From positions 330,274,001 through 330,338,000 of the forward strand of contig OZ024742.1 of assembly GCA_964016885.1 (NCBI GenBank): a DNA stretch of 64,000 nt. The letters run 5' to 3'. Below the pieces are notes generated by a model. It made no database searches. It had not been told where the DNA came from and saw nothing but the letters and a program-made list of their open reading frames with translations. Positions 44,486-58,456 of this stretch are shown piece after piece. Both the position numbers and the translations under genes were made by a program. Positions within the stretch are counted from its first letter, which is position 1, and each line of letters starts with the position of its first letter. The DNA comes from Eledone cirrhosa (lineage: Eukaryota).

Positions 44486-45409
44486 TAATAAAATAATGAA
44501 TAAACAAAGAAACAGTTCCTTATATAAAAAATTCATCATTTTACGATTGTTTTCTAGGATATATATGTTAGTGTTGGTATGCATATCCTATAGATCTATG
44601 TAAAACTTTTACAAACTATCAGAGGCAATATACATACCTACACATATATATGCTGTCTTCAGAAATAATGATATTTGTTTATTGAAAAGAACCAACAAAG
44701 ATTTAATACAATAGGTCTGTTTGGGAACAGGTTTTGAATTGACCAATAGAAAGATAGTGAAGCTCAAGATGGTAAAATAGTAGTAAAAGAACCTTAATTT
44801 ATGGGTAGAGAAAGGTAGATTTCAGTTTTGGATGGAGAGATTATTATGAATGAAAGTTTATTTTAGGGATGAAAATAGGTCTTATGCTGACCTCAGAAAT
44901 AATTATATTTGTTCATTGAATAAAACCAACAAAGATTTAATATAGTAGGTCTGTTTGGGAAACAGGTTTTGAGTTGACCAATAGAAAGGTAATAATTGGC
45001 CAAATGGTAAAATAGTAGTAATGGAAGTTTATTTTAGGGGTAGAAGAAGGCAGATTTCAGTTTTGAATGGAAGGAGTATGAAGCATGAAAAGGTTATTTT
45101 AGGGGTGAAAATAGGTCAGGTCAGTAAAAAGTACACGAAAAGTTGCTATTATAAAAGAATAGTTTATATGTAAATATCTAAGGAGACTAAAATTTTACGA
45201 TAAAAGTGTTAGTGAAAAAAACATATATGGAGTTTACATCTATGAAAAGAATATAAATTAATTTAATTGATGGGTATATTTATATTGATAAATTTATATT
45301 AATGCATATAGATATGATAAATAAGAGTTAGATGTAATTGAAAAGTGCTGTTAAAGACGAGGAGAAATTAAAAAGTATAAAAAGAAGATATATACCCACA
45401 AACATAGTT

Positions 45410-45675
45410 TTTAAAATGCCGCATTAGCTAATACAACATCTCTAGCTGAAATAATTAATAATTATAGTAAGAGGAATATAGATTATGACTTGACCTGGAG
45501 TGTGCTCAAAAGGGCCATCCCTTATCAAAATAATAGATATGAATGTAGATTGTGTTCCCAAGAACTTTTCGAAATAATGAAATCTAAGGATATCCTATTA
45601 AATAAGCGACAGGAATTAATAATATCGTGTAATCATAAACTGAGAAAAACATTTAAATATTATAAACCTAATTAA
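45410..45675 (+). pseudogene. GIY-YIG C-terminal fragment, family I
   Basis: TTSLAE...W...CRLC...LLNKRQELIISCNHKLRKTFKYYKPN, closely similar to the H terminus. Confidence 0.85.
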
Positions 45676-46656
45676 TATACATTTTAGAAATGAATACAAA
45701 AACTTTTTTTTATTTAGTTAACCTATGATTAACATTCTACTACTGATGAAATACATAATTTCACTTTCCTTCTTACAACTATCTTTTCCTAAAATTGATA
45801 ACATTAAGTAAACATATATAATGTTTTAATTTCAGGTTATGATTCTATGTTCCTTGAAATCTCTATATATTTATTATTTCTCACTAATAAATTTAACCCC
45901 CCCCCCCCCAATAATTATATATATATATATATATATATATTCTTTTTATATTTGTTTTATTTCCCCTCGTCTTTAACAGCACTTTTCAATTACATCTAAC
46001 TCTTATTTATCATATCTATATGCATTAATATAATTTTATCAATATAAATATACCCATCAATTAAATTAATTTATATTCTTTTCATAGATGTAAACTCCAT
46101 ATATATTTTTTTCACTAACACTTTTATCGTAAAATTTTAGTCTCCTTACATATTTACATTTGCACTATTCTTTTATAACAGCAACTTTTCGTGTACCTTT
46201 TACTGGCCTGACCTATTTTCACCCCTAAAATAACCTTTTCATGCTTCATACTCCTTCCATTCAAAACTGAAATCTGCCTTCTTCTACCCCTAAAATAAAC
46301 TTCCATTACTACTATTTTACCATTTGGCCAATTATTACCTTTCTATTGGTCAATTCAAAACCTGTTTCCAAAACTGACCTACTATATTAAATCTTTGGTG
46401 CTTTTATTCAATGAACAAATATATTTATTTCTGAGGTCAGCATAAGACCTATTTTCATCCCTAAAATAATCTTTCATTCATAATATTCTCTCCATCCAAA
46501 ACTGAAATCTACCTTCCTCTACCCATAAATTAAGGTTATTTTACTATTATTTTACCATCTTGAGGTTCACTATCTTTCTATTGGTCAATTCAAAACCTGT
46601 TCCGAAACAGACCTATTGTATTAAATCTTTGTTGGTTTTTTTCAATAAACAAATAT

Positions 46657-46792
46657 CATTATTTCTGAAGACAGCATATATATGTGTAGGTATGTATATT
46701 CCCTCTGATAGTTTGTAAAAAATTTACATAGATCTATATGATATGCATACCAACACTAACATATATATCCTAGAAGCGACCGTAAAATGATG
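46657..46792 (+). ncRNA. Hammerhead with canonical core and ~100 nt stem II domain (family I)
   Basis: cattattt CTGAAGA c agcatatatatg...catatatatcct a GAAG cgaccg TA aaatgatg; inverted copy at 44534-44670 retains GAAA. Confidence 0.68.
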
Positions 46793-46975
46793 AATTTTTA
46801 ATATAAGGAACTGTTTCTTTGTTTATTCATTATTTTATTAATTTATCTTGACTCTGTTTACCGTTATTCTTCACCGAAAAACTCTTTTCAATACATCTTC
46901 TCTTTTCATGATATTCGGATTACATTGAGTTCTTCATACGGATTGTACACTACTGTACATTTTGGTAGATTTATC

Positions 46976-47047
<72 letters not shown>

Positions 47048-48389
47048 TATAAAACTTATTAAAATATATTTAGGCAAAGCAGAATGGAGATATTGTAAGG
47101 GGTTTCTCCACTGCGTTTAACTGTTTATGTTTACGTAGAAAATGAGAAATCGTGCTGTTTGTTTCTGTGGTCAATCTACCCATTAAGAACATGGAAAAGT
47201 GAGGATCTAGTAAGTTAATTTTTACTAACAAAGAACATGTTAAGCCTATTTCTAGATGTGTAAACAAAACCGTTGAGTAAGGAATCGGCAGGAAATTTGA
47301 AATATGGGCCTAATATTTAATTTATGAATTATTTTCATATTATATCCTGAGAGTATGTCCTATGACGATACGAATGATTCTGAAACAATCCATAAGCTAA
47401 TATCACAGGTGACATGAAATAACGAAACACTCTACTGACCACTGACGCATATATTTGACTTATGCTATAATATAATGAGGAGAGTAAATGGTTTACGCTG
47501 AATTATATATTGTGATGGAATATTGATATTTCCAAATGATCATAATTATATTTGTATATATATGCATATACATCTCTCTCTCTTGCTCATTCTCTCTTTC
47601 TATCTCTTCCCCTCTCTCTATGTATATATATACATAGAGAGAGAGAGAGAGGCAAACAGAGAGAGAGAAAGAAAGGGAGAGGGCGAGAGGGTTATGCGTG
47701 TTTGTCTCTAGTGTGTTTGTGTAGAGATAAGTATATTTATAATGTGTGTGCGGTTTTTTTTTTTCCCCATAGCATTTTACTTCGGCAAATATAGATCGAT
47801 ATGTAATAGATTAAAAAAAAGGATGGTATTAGAATGATCGCTTCAATTAGTATTTTGTCGCCGCTTGTAAATAAGTCAAATGGCAGGAATCAAATAAGTG
47901 CCAGATCTGATACATTTTTTGTTGTTATTGTGCATTTAATTCGGTCATTGCATGTATATAGAGGAAAAGCAACAACGAAGCTCATAGCATTTAAACAAGA
48001 ATATCATGCAACTAAACGAATCATCAGTTTTGCTCCGAATGCAAATCTCACTATCATTGATGATCTTTCATGCAAATACACATCCTAAATATGCCTTGAA
48101 TCATATCTAGTGACAGAAAATATTTCAGTGTCCCAAAATTACTGCCCTCTAAAACATATTAATATACGGGCATTTTATTCTTTGAACATGTCTTTAATTT
48201 GGGGTCGATTTGCAAAAATATGAACTGAACATCAACAATGCCATTGCCTTCCGTCTCGGAGGACATGTAAAAGTCATATACACTATTTATCCCTTGACGC
48301 CTAGGAAAATGATATGAGAGTAATTCTTGCTCTTCCCTTTTTATAGCGATATGTATATCGTTTAATGTATATATATATATGTGCGTGTA

Positions 48390-48422
<33 letters not shown>

Positions 48423-48481
48423 GCCCCAGTATGGCCTCACCAGGGTGGCTGTAAAAGGTAAAAGAGTAAACGAGTAATATA

Positions 48482-48567
<86 letters not shown>

Positions 48568-48955
48568 ATACTTTGGGAGGGTCATGTTGCCAATAAGAAA
48601 CACACGCACCAAATGCATTCACTTCAATTTATTATAAATTCAATCTATAAATTTAGGAATTTATAAATTTCCCGCTGGCTGGTTGGTTCCACAACCAGAT
48701 GATTGTTCATATATTGTCAAAGTTCTTTGGTCACACATTCTGTGACATCTTCAGTGACTGAGGTTTCTTTTCTTTGTTTTTGTGCCTCTCCTTTTTTATG
48801 TCCTACGCCAACTTGTTTTTGTGTGTGTTGTGTGCTTAGTTTGCGCATGTGTTACATCCGGGTGTCTGTGTGTGTTTATATTTGTTCATTTATTTGTTTA
48901 TTTACATGTTACTGGTTGGTTGTTTGTTCTATGTGTGTGTGTGTTTTCATTTTGT

Positions 48956-51900
48956 CCTTAATTCTAAGTTATGATGTGGCTGTCCCATTCATGTTTTCTA
49001 TTTAATTTTGGTTGGAGTTCATTTATGTTTATGGCCTCTCTGATTCGTCTAAACATTACCTCTTTTCTGTGTGTAGATTCTGTTTTTATTTCTATGTTCT
49101 CTAATTTACCCTTATGTTCTATTTCAGCATGTTGGTGGAGTTCAGATGATTATTTACTATCTTGAAGATCTAGCCAGTGTTCATTTATCCGTTCTCCCTA
49201 TACTACGAGCTGTCTCACCTATGTACACTATATTCTTATCTCTACATTGCCCATCAGTACATCTTATGCTATATACTACATTTCTTGATTTACAGTTAAT
49301 ATGGGGACTTAATTTACAGATTATACATTTCTTATCTATACAGGGAGGTCTTTGAAAAAGGTATGTATTGCTAATAAGTGTTTTTATGGAGGTACCTGGT
49401 CTTTCTACTATCTTAATATTGAGTTTATGTTTATCTAGGGCCCTTCTAAAGTTGTAAGCTAATTCACCTCTAGGGGTTGTATCGATGAACATTACACTCT
49501 GGTATTTATTGCTATCATACCATGAGTATATTCTATTAACCTTATTCCTAGTTCTTTCTATTCTATTCCAAAATTTGCTCCTATACAAGGGGCAGGTCCC
49601 ATTTGTATCATTATTTACCTTTGTTTCCCATTTGGTTCTGGCTCCTCTATATACTCTGATTTTATCTATCTGATTGTAACCAGATAACTGCATACGGTGG
49701 ATGAAATGTTGTATGTGTCTCTCTAGTTCTTTAGGGTTGGACATGCGGGACACGTTTCTCATCACCCTTACCAAATCCGCAATCAGTATGTTGATTTTGG
49801 TATGGTCCGAAACAGCTGAGTTTAGGTGGATCAGATATTTGGAAGTCATGGGTTTGGCATAATGGGAATGGAGGATTTGTTTTTTGTTATTAATGGTATA
49901 TAACCAGAGCTCTGTGTCTACTTCAGGTAATCGATTGTTGGGGCGTTTGCTTGGGTAGTCTATAGTAACTCTAATTCTCTGGTGGATGGAGTTAGCTATT
50001 TGCTGGATGCTTTCCATGGTGCTTTTCTCTAAATCCTGGCTGTTCTCTAGTGGGGGTGTTTTTACTACGATGTTTATATCATCAACGTAGCGGGAATAAA
50101 TTATCAGGGTTAAGGGGTTGCTGTCTTCTAATTGTTCTTTAAGTTTAAGTCTACTGTCCCACCATACCATGAATATGTCACCTGCAATGGCTGCTCCCTC
50201 GTCTTGGGCATATGTTTTTCCATTAAATTTGAAAATATGTTCCTTAAGGGTTAATTTTATACTGGCCCCACCCCCACCGCATGTGCAATCATTTTCTTTA
50301 GTTCATCGTAGTTTTCGGGGGTCCGTATGGCTCTGGTCCACCCGTTCCATCTATCTGTGTGGGTTTTCTTGGCCGTTGAGGTAATGGTAGGTGGTCTGCC
50401 TCATGCTGGTCTTGTAGGGCACAGGTTGCTAAAGCCATATATATCTAGATAATCATTACTATAGTTAAGTTTAAGTAGGAGTCCCAGCTCACTGGTATCA
50501 ATTCCATGGAATTCAACATTGCTCTCACTGATCTATGCATTTCTCCACAGCAAAATCCACGTCAATAGATGGATATCGGGACACAACATCCATACTAACT
50601 ATTATGCAGTTTGTTAGGTCCCTAAATAGGATACCCGCGCCGATTCTGCTCAGGAGGTCCTCCGTGCTGTCACATATATCTGGGGACATTTCAATGATGG
50701 GGCGTATGATCAGGGAGAGGAGGTAGGAAAGTCTGTAGTTACTAGCAATGTTAGCTCCACAGACTGGCCGTGTTGGTGGTGCTGTGACAGGATCACAGCT
50801 CGTTTATGGTCTTTTCGAAGCCCATACAACGCTGGCCCGTCATTCTTCCAGGCTTGGAAGTTGTTGGCAGTCCTTTTGTTGGGCTGCATTATATTTGTCC
50901 ACATCATCATATGTACATTGAGGGTTTTTTCCCTTTGCTCATGCTCTTGTGGTGTTACATCACTTGTGTTATTGATGTGGGGTTGCATTGCCTGAATGTA
51001 GTTTGAAAGACTGTCAACCGACATTCTGCCAGACTTGTCTGTTGGAAAGCATGCAATCTCTCCATTACGCGAGCGCTGCATGAGCTTACGCAAGCCCTTT
51101 GCAGATTTTTCTCGCAATTGCTGGGCCTCCATTCTATTTTGCGTCTTGCTATACTGTTCTATAATATTTCTAACTTTAGATCTAGCTATACTAAATAGTG
51201 CTTCTGTTTGTTCATCGATCTGCGACGGCAATCGCGTGCGTTTGTTAAAAACTAAAGTCGTGGCCCGGACTCGTCGCAGGTCGAATGGCATATCGGAAGG
51301 ATTATAAAAAGTAGAGTTCCAGGCTGCGGCTTTATGTGTACGAATGCTATTGTTATTGTTAGTTGTGTTGTTTCTATTTCTATTTCCAGCAACAGCCCCA
51401 TGGTTGTTTCTATGTCTCTCATTATTATTCATGTCTCTTTCCTCTGGCTTATTATTATTATCTACTCTATTTTGTGTGTCTGTGTGTTCGTACTGGTTAT
51501 TTTCTCTGTCAGTATCGATAGTCTCCCTTCTCCTTTCAATCCTATTACCTTCCCTTATTTCTGTGTTACTGTCATTACCTGTTTTCTGTGTCTGTGTGTT
51601 TGTTAAGATTGTGGTGGTGGTGGTGAGGGGCATATAATGTGTGTGTGTTGTTGTTGTTGTTGTCGATGTGTGGTGTTGTTGATATGTGTGGTTGTTGTTG
51701 TCTCCGTGTATGTTATTATTGTTGTGTGTGTTGTTGTTGTTGTTTGTGCCTGCGTGTCTTTTGTTGTTTGTGAGTGTTATTATTGTTGATGTTGATGTGT
51801 GTGTTGTTGTTATCGTTGTTTGTGTCTGTGTGTCTGTTGTTGTTGGGATGTGTGTTGTATATGTGTGTACGATGTTACTTTTTTTTTTTTTTTTTTTAGT

Positions 51901-52140
51901 CTCCAACGTAATTTTGTAAATGATTTTTCTATTTCTGACAAGCATTTTATCATATTTAACTTATATGTGGCATATTTAGGTGGTAGCTGTAATATCGATA
52001 ATTCATCAGAATCGACTGTAGTGTTGCCGTATATATTTGTGTTGTTGTTGCTGAATTCATCTGTTAATGAGATGTCGGTCATATTTATACCGTCAATTTT
52101 GTCGGGATATCTATCGATATTCTCTGAAGTATCTTGATTT
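48956..52140 (-). pseudogene. Near-complete disrupted PLE ORF, family A (possibly Nematis-like)
   Basis: LQLPPKYA...KLRW, TDKSGRMS, LYGLRKDHK, MDVVSRYPSID, YSRYVDD, VVYSIRC...YIGETAR; clade assignment tentative. Confidence 0.9.
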
Positions 52141-52157
52141 AGTTTTATCTGTAGACT

Positions 52158-53147
52158 ACTATAGACTACCCAAGCAAACAATCCCAACCATCGATTACCT
52201 GTACTAGACACAGAGCTCTGGTTAGATACTATTAATAACAAAAAACAAAGCCTCCATTCCTATTATGCCAAACACATGACTTCCAAATATCTGATCCACC
52301 GACCATACCAAAATCAACATACTGATTGCGGATTTGGTACGGGTGATGAGAAACGTGTCCCGCATGTGCAACCCCAAAGAACTAGAGAGACACATACAAC
52401 ACTTCATCCACCGTATGCACTTCGCTGGTTACAATCAGAGAGATAAAATCAGAGTATATAGAGGAGCCAGAACCAAATGGGAAAAAATGGTAAATAATTA
52501 TACAACTGGGACCTGCCCCTTGTATTGGAGCACATTTTGGAATAGAATAGAAAGAACTAGGAAAAAGGTTAATAGAATAAACTCATGGTATGATAGCAAT
52601 AAATACCAGAGTGTAATGTTCATCGATACAACCCCTAGAGGGGAATTAGCTTACAAATTTAGAAGGGCCCTAGATAAACATAAACTCAATATTGAGATAG
52701 TAGAAAGATCAGGTACCTCCATAAAAACACTGATTAGCAATACATACCATTTTCAAAGACATCCCAGTATAGATAAGAAATGTATAATCTGTAAATTAAG
52801 TCCCCATATTAACTATAAAACTAGAAATGTAGTATAGAGCATAAAATGTACTGAAGGACAATGTATAGATAAGAATATAGTGTACATAGGTGAGACACGT
52901 CGTAGTATAGGAGAACGCATAAATGAACACTGGCGAGATCTTCAAGATAGTAAAGAATCGTCTGTACTCCACCAACATGCTAAAATAGAACATAAGTGTA
53001 AATTAGAGAACATAGAAATAAAAATAGAATCTACACACAGAAAAGACGCAATGTTTGACAAATCACAGAAGCAATAAACATAAATGAATTCCAACTCAAA
53101 TTAAATAGAAACATGAATGGGACAGCAACATCATAACTTACAATTAA
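52158..53147 (+). pseudogene. Duplicate RT C-terminus plus GIY-YIG fragment (right arm of A2)
   Basis: ORFs 52334-52837 and 52880-53077 match A1 and the minus arm. Confidence 0.9.
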
Positions 53148-53635
53148 GGACAAAATGAAAACACACACACCACATAGAACAAACAACCAACCAGTAACAT
53201 GTAAATAAACAAATAAATAAACAAATATAAATACACACAGACACCCGGATGTAACACATGCGCAAACAAAGCACACAACACACACGAAACAAGATGGCGT
53301 AGGACAGAACAAAGGAAAGACACAAAAACAAAGAAAATAATCCACAGTCACTGAAGATGTCAAAGAATGTGTGACGAAAGAACTTTGACTATATATGAAC
53401 AATCATCTGTTTGTGCAACCAACCATCCAACCAACCGGAAATTTATAAATTCCTAAATTTATTAATTTAATTTATAATAAATTGAACTGAAAACTAGGGG
53501 TGCGTGTGTTTCTTATTGGCAACATGACCCTCCCAAACTTTAACAATATCGGTTTTAACACACGTTTTCAGATAAAGAATCCAGCTAAATAAATTCAGAA
53601 ACGAAATATATATATATATATATATATATTTGTTT

Positions 53636-55318
53636 ATGTTTGTTGGTTCACCACTGTATAGAATTGGTCATTCCGTATGGTCAATGTTGGTGTAATATAG
53701 TGGAGAGTACTCAACGTAGTGCCGTTCACCCGTCTTCATTTGTGCAGTTGTTGGTGCGAATACGGAGTTAATTATAAATAAGGAAACAGGGGGCTGGACT
53801 GGTGTACATCCTTGAAAGGTTTATTATACTATGATCAATTCAATGACCGGGTTCCATATGAATGCGGTGATATCATCAGGTATTCGAAATATAACAAAGG
53901 AATATGTAAAAACCATGGGTCCGAAAAATCAGAGACAGAGAGGACGACTGACCAACTAGCTACTTTCACCTCGGCCAGTCGCCGTCAAAGTGATGGCTAC
54001 TCGTTCTGCTAATTACCATCTGCTGAGGGGTGCGAAGGCTTATAATGTACTACCACCCCTCCGTCAAAGAATTAAAAAGGGGAAGAAAGAAAGAAAGAAA
54101 AAAAAAAAGAAGAAAAAATAAATAAGTCAGCGTAAGTGTCACACTACTGTCATTGCTAGAAAACGCCCCGAAAAATGTTATTCCAGAGAATCTATATTTT
54201 AACAAAGGTATATATAATGGGTGTATGTATGTTCTAATGTGTGAACAGAAAATTGGAACGTTAAACTTATGTTACAAATTATAGGATGAAATTTTATTAA
54301 AAAATAATAAATTGAAAAATAAAAAAAATAAAAAAATGTATTAGAAAATTGAAGGTTAAGCTAGCGAGACATATTTAATGAACTTACAGAGACAGTCTTA
54401 TATGGAAAAGTTAATCTAGATAAGATATCAGGGTGGGATATTGAGTAAAGATTAAAGCCTTCGATTGTGAATCCCAACATCCACCTGCTAACCACGTATC
54501 AGCCAATTTCGAGTGGTATCGTGCAGCGAAAAAAATGGAAATTAAATTTTCCCGAGTACTCAAGGAACGTAGCTTCCTTAGGCACCGGGCGTGGTTGCGG
54601 GAAGTCTACAATTTCGACAGGCCACCGTCTATACCAAACGTATACTATTAATTCACACATGAGGGGTTTATTTACGTGCCAGTAGAGGAATGATACAGCT
54701 AACAGTTATGCCTAAGCCTAGAGTTTATAGGTATAAGTATCATATGGCGGTCAGAACAGGCGGCGCGGCGTGCCCGGGGCAAAGATCCGCTCCGAGTAAT
54801 TTTGTTTACCGAAAGAGGAGAAATATATTTTTCCAAGCACTCAAGCAAGACTGAACTTTCCGAGTGCCCGGTGCGAAACCGGGAAAGGCCACCACATCAG
54901 TCAAAGGTAGCAAAACCCAATGAAAAGTGCAATTAGACTATAATTATTTTACAGTCCCAGTTAGTCCGGTAAATTCAAAATCGAAGGATTTAATATTTAC
55001 TCTATATCCCACCCTGATATCTTATCGAGATTAACTTTTTCATATAAGACTCTCTCTGTAAGTTCATTAAATATATCTCGCTACCGTAACGTTTAATTTT
55101 CTAATCATTTTTTTTATTTTTTTTATTTTTCAATTTATTATTTTTTAATTTAATTTCATCCTATAACTTGTAACATAATTTTAACGTTCCAATTTTCTGT
55201 TCACACATTAGACCATACATACACCCATTATATATGCCATTGTTAAAATATAGATTATTTGGAATAACATTTTTCGGGGCGTTTTCTAGCATGACTGTAG
55301 TGTGACCCTTACACTGAC

Positions 55319-55349
<31 letters not shown>

Positions 55350-55646
55350 CCTTTTTTATTCTTTGACGGGGAGGTGGTAGTACATTATAAGCCTTCGTCC
55401 CCCTTACCAGATGGTCATTAGCTGACGAGTAGCCATCACTTTGAGGGCGAATGGCCTAGGTGAAAGCAGCTAGTTGGTGAGTCGTCCTCTCTGTCTCTGA
55501 TTTTTCGGACCCATGGTTTTTACATATTCCTTTGTTATATTTCGAATACCTGATGATATCACCGGATTCATATTGAACCCGGTCATTGAAATGATCATAG
55601 TATAATAAACATTTCAAGGATTTACACCAGTCCAGCCTCCTGTTAC

Positions 55647-55650
<4 letters not shown>
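53636..55650. mobile_element. Family D foldback copy
   Basis: 53636-54970 is collinear with 6930-8220; ~54990-55650 is its inversion. Confidence 0.88.
55546..55603 (+). ncRNA. Type I hammerhead ribozyme motif (family D)
   Basis: atac CTGATGA [accgg/ccggt stem] GAAA tgatca TA gtat. Confidence 0.8.
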
Positions 55651-55727
<77 letters not shown>

Positions 55728-55729
<2 letters not shown>

Positions 55730-57081
55730 CGTGTTAGATTCCCGGATTTCCACACGCGAATATACCGTGACGATGGACTGACTTTATCGAACCATAAAAG
55801 TGGTCACGACCTCGACCGGTTTAAAAAAGACTTATCTTCTACCTTCAATGAGTTAGACCTTAGGATAACAGTAGCCACCAACCACTCTAGCGTAGATTTC
55901 TTAGACATTAATTTAGACCTTCGCACCCACACCCACAGACACTTCCATAAGCTAAACGAGAAACTTAATTACATTCACAAGGACTCATGCCACCCTCCCA
56001 CTGTTTTTAGAAACATCGTTAACAATATCAATACTAGAATCTCAAACCTCTCCTCTAATAAGGCTATATTTGACAGAGCGGCACCCTACTATAACACGGC
56101 GTTGGCTAACAGCGGCTTCTCACAACCTATCACCTACTCTCCCACTAGCAACAACACCATTAAGAAAAGTAAGCGCATCAATAGACAAAATAATCTGGTT
56201 CTCTCCTCCCTTCTCACTCAACGTTAAAACCAAAGTCGGAAAAACAATGTCTAGCCCGCTTTGATATACACTTCCGCATAGGTCATAAATACCGCTCCAT
56301 CTTTAACCGACACAAAGTTAAGCTAGCATACTCCTGCGCTAAGAACGTGAAGGCCCAAATCACCAGCAGCCCTAGGAGCAACACCCCACCAGGGTGCTCT
56401 TGCCGTAAGACTGAAGCTTGCCCCCTTCAACAGCAATGCAACACACCAGCTGTAATCTATGAAGATGTGGTCACTTCCAACCGACCAAACGAACCACAGA
56501 AGCTCAAATCCTAGGTGGGCATGGTGGAGGGTCGATTCAAGGAGCGTTTCCTGAACCACCAGTCTACCTTCAGATACCCGGACAGACATTCATCCACGAA
56601 ACTCGCAAGCCACATATAGTCCCTCAGGGTCTCAAGTATAGGCTACTCCATTCAATGAAAAGCCATCACTAAGTCCAAGCCATACGCAAGGGGAAATCCG
56701 ACGTGTGGCTTATGTATCGACGAACGATTAACTATCCTAAAGAGATTGCGCAATAGTGATTGCCTAAACACGAGCAGTGAATTTTTCACACGTTGTCCAC
56801 ACGTCACCCAACATCTATTGCACAACTGATTCTTTGTAATTTTATTTTTAATTGTTTTAATTTTATTTTCAACCTAAACACTTTCCGGACTTTCACAGTT
56901 ATCTCAATTATACCTCCCGCACGCAGTCTAGTATTGCCTGTGTGAAGTGACCGAGTTTCTGCGCATGCGCGTTCGTACGGTTGTCCTTCCTGTTCCTATA
57001 ACCATACACATCCCGAGCTGAAGATCCACGAAGGTGAAACAATTGTTCTCGGTATGGTGAACTAACTGTTGTGTAACCACA

Positions 57082-57083
<2 letters not shown>
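55728..57083 (+). mobile_element. PLE family N, 5'-truncated (RT YRDDGL to GIY-YIG, ending ~56829)
   Basis: taccgtgacgatggactg, FLDINLDL, IIWFSPPFS, CSC...CPL, FKERFLNHQSTF, CGLC; TA-bounded. Confidence 0.9.
57001..57058 (+). ncRNA. Minimal hammerhead ribozyme motif (family N)
   Basis: ccgag CTGAAGA tcc acgaa ggt GAAA caattg TT ctcgg; stem I extends via accatac/gtatggt. Confidence 0.78.
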
Positions 57084-57127
<44 letters not shown>

Positions 57128-57131
57128 TATA

Positions 57132-58456
57132 TTTACACATATAACAACAGGCTTAACATCTTCTAAAGAGGTGTAATTAATGGCTAGTGGCTCTTACGTG
57201 CCATACCTAATGCATTCGGGCGGTATAATCCATATGTGTGTTTATATTACTCATTAGATTGTCAGTGTACTTAATTTTTTACGTCTTCAGGAGAACTTGA
57301 TCCGACATTTTCAGTTATTTTCTGATCATTTAAAATGGGATGTAATCAATTAAAATTTCGTCGATGATTTTTAACTCAACAAATTCGTCCATATATTTAA
57401 AAGGTTAAAAGTCCATATACATTTTCATGTAGCAATCTTTCGTTATACAATACTACTTCACATGCGCTCTTATCTGTGTAAATATGCACTCCAATATATA
57501 TATATATTATGTATAGGATTATCCTAGATGCAGTAATGGTTAATTACTACACTGGATATGGTTGACGTACGGTGAGAGGTTACTCAACGAGTTATGGAAG
57601 AACTGTTGAAGAAACTTGGTTTCTGATCCTTCCGTATTCCGGAGTGTGGATAAAGAATGAATAATAACAGGTAGACATCATAAAAAGGTAATTTATTCCG
57701 TGTGCTTACAAATGTTTCCACGGTGGTTATACAGCCTAGTTATGCTATGTGCAAATTTACAACTATTTGCAAAATGCTCAAATGATCAAATGCTGTGACC
57801 ACTGTATCATCAGAGCAGAATGGTTAAAATGTACAATGTAAATACCCTTAAGTGAGGTTATTGGAGAAGATAGAGTAGAAAGGGAAGAGAGAAAAGTAGG
57901 GGAGAGGAAGAGAGAGAGAAAGATATGCAGGGGTTGGAGAAATAGGAGAGAGTGGTTTGTAGATATCTTAATCAAAATGTTATAGTAGGGGTTTTATTAT
58001 ACTGGTTACTAGAGTAACCAGTATAATAAATTACCTTTTTATGATGTCCACCTGTTATTATTCTTTCTTTATATATATATATATATATATATATTGGAGT
58101 GCATATTTACACAGATAAGAGCGCATGTGAAGTAGCATTGTATAACTAGAGATTGCTACATGAATATGTATATGGACTTTTAAGCGTTTAAATATATGAA
58201 CGAATTTGTTGAGTTAAAAATCATCGACGAAATTTTAATTGATTACATCCCATTTTAAATGATCAGAAAAATAACTGAAACTATCGGATGAAGTTCTCCT
58301 GAAGACGTACAAAATTAAGTACACTGATAATCTAATGAGTAATATAAACTCACATATGGATTATACCGCCCGAATGCATTAGGTATTGCACGTAAGAGCC
58401 ACTAGCCATTAATTACACCTCTTTAGAAGATGTTAAGCCTGTTATTATATGTGTAA
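57132..58456. mobile_element. Family M non-coding foldback
   Basis: 57132-57505 inverted versus ~58085-58456; 57660-57697 versus 58025-58062; perfect 18 bp hairpin at 57993-58030. Confidence 0.82.

Larger units (their letters stand above)
48564..53606 (-). mobile_element. PLE family A copy 2 foldback: long minus arm to ~52145, plus arm ~52155-53606
   Basis: 48564-49970 inverted versus 52158-53545; TA tracts on both sides. Confidence 0.92.

Noticed and set aside
47357-47397. Hammerhead-like motif in family K (cct ATGACGA...GAAA...TA ag)
   Set aside because: Non-canonical A3 with G8 in both arms and weak stems; not called
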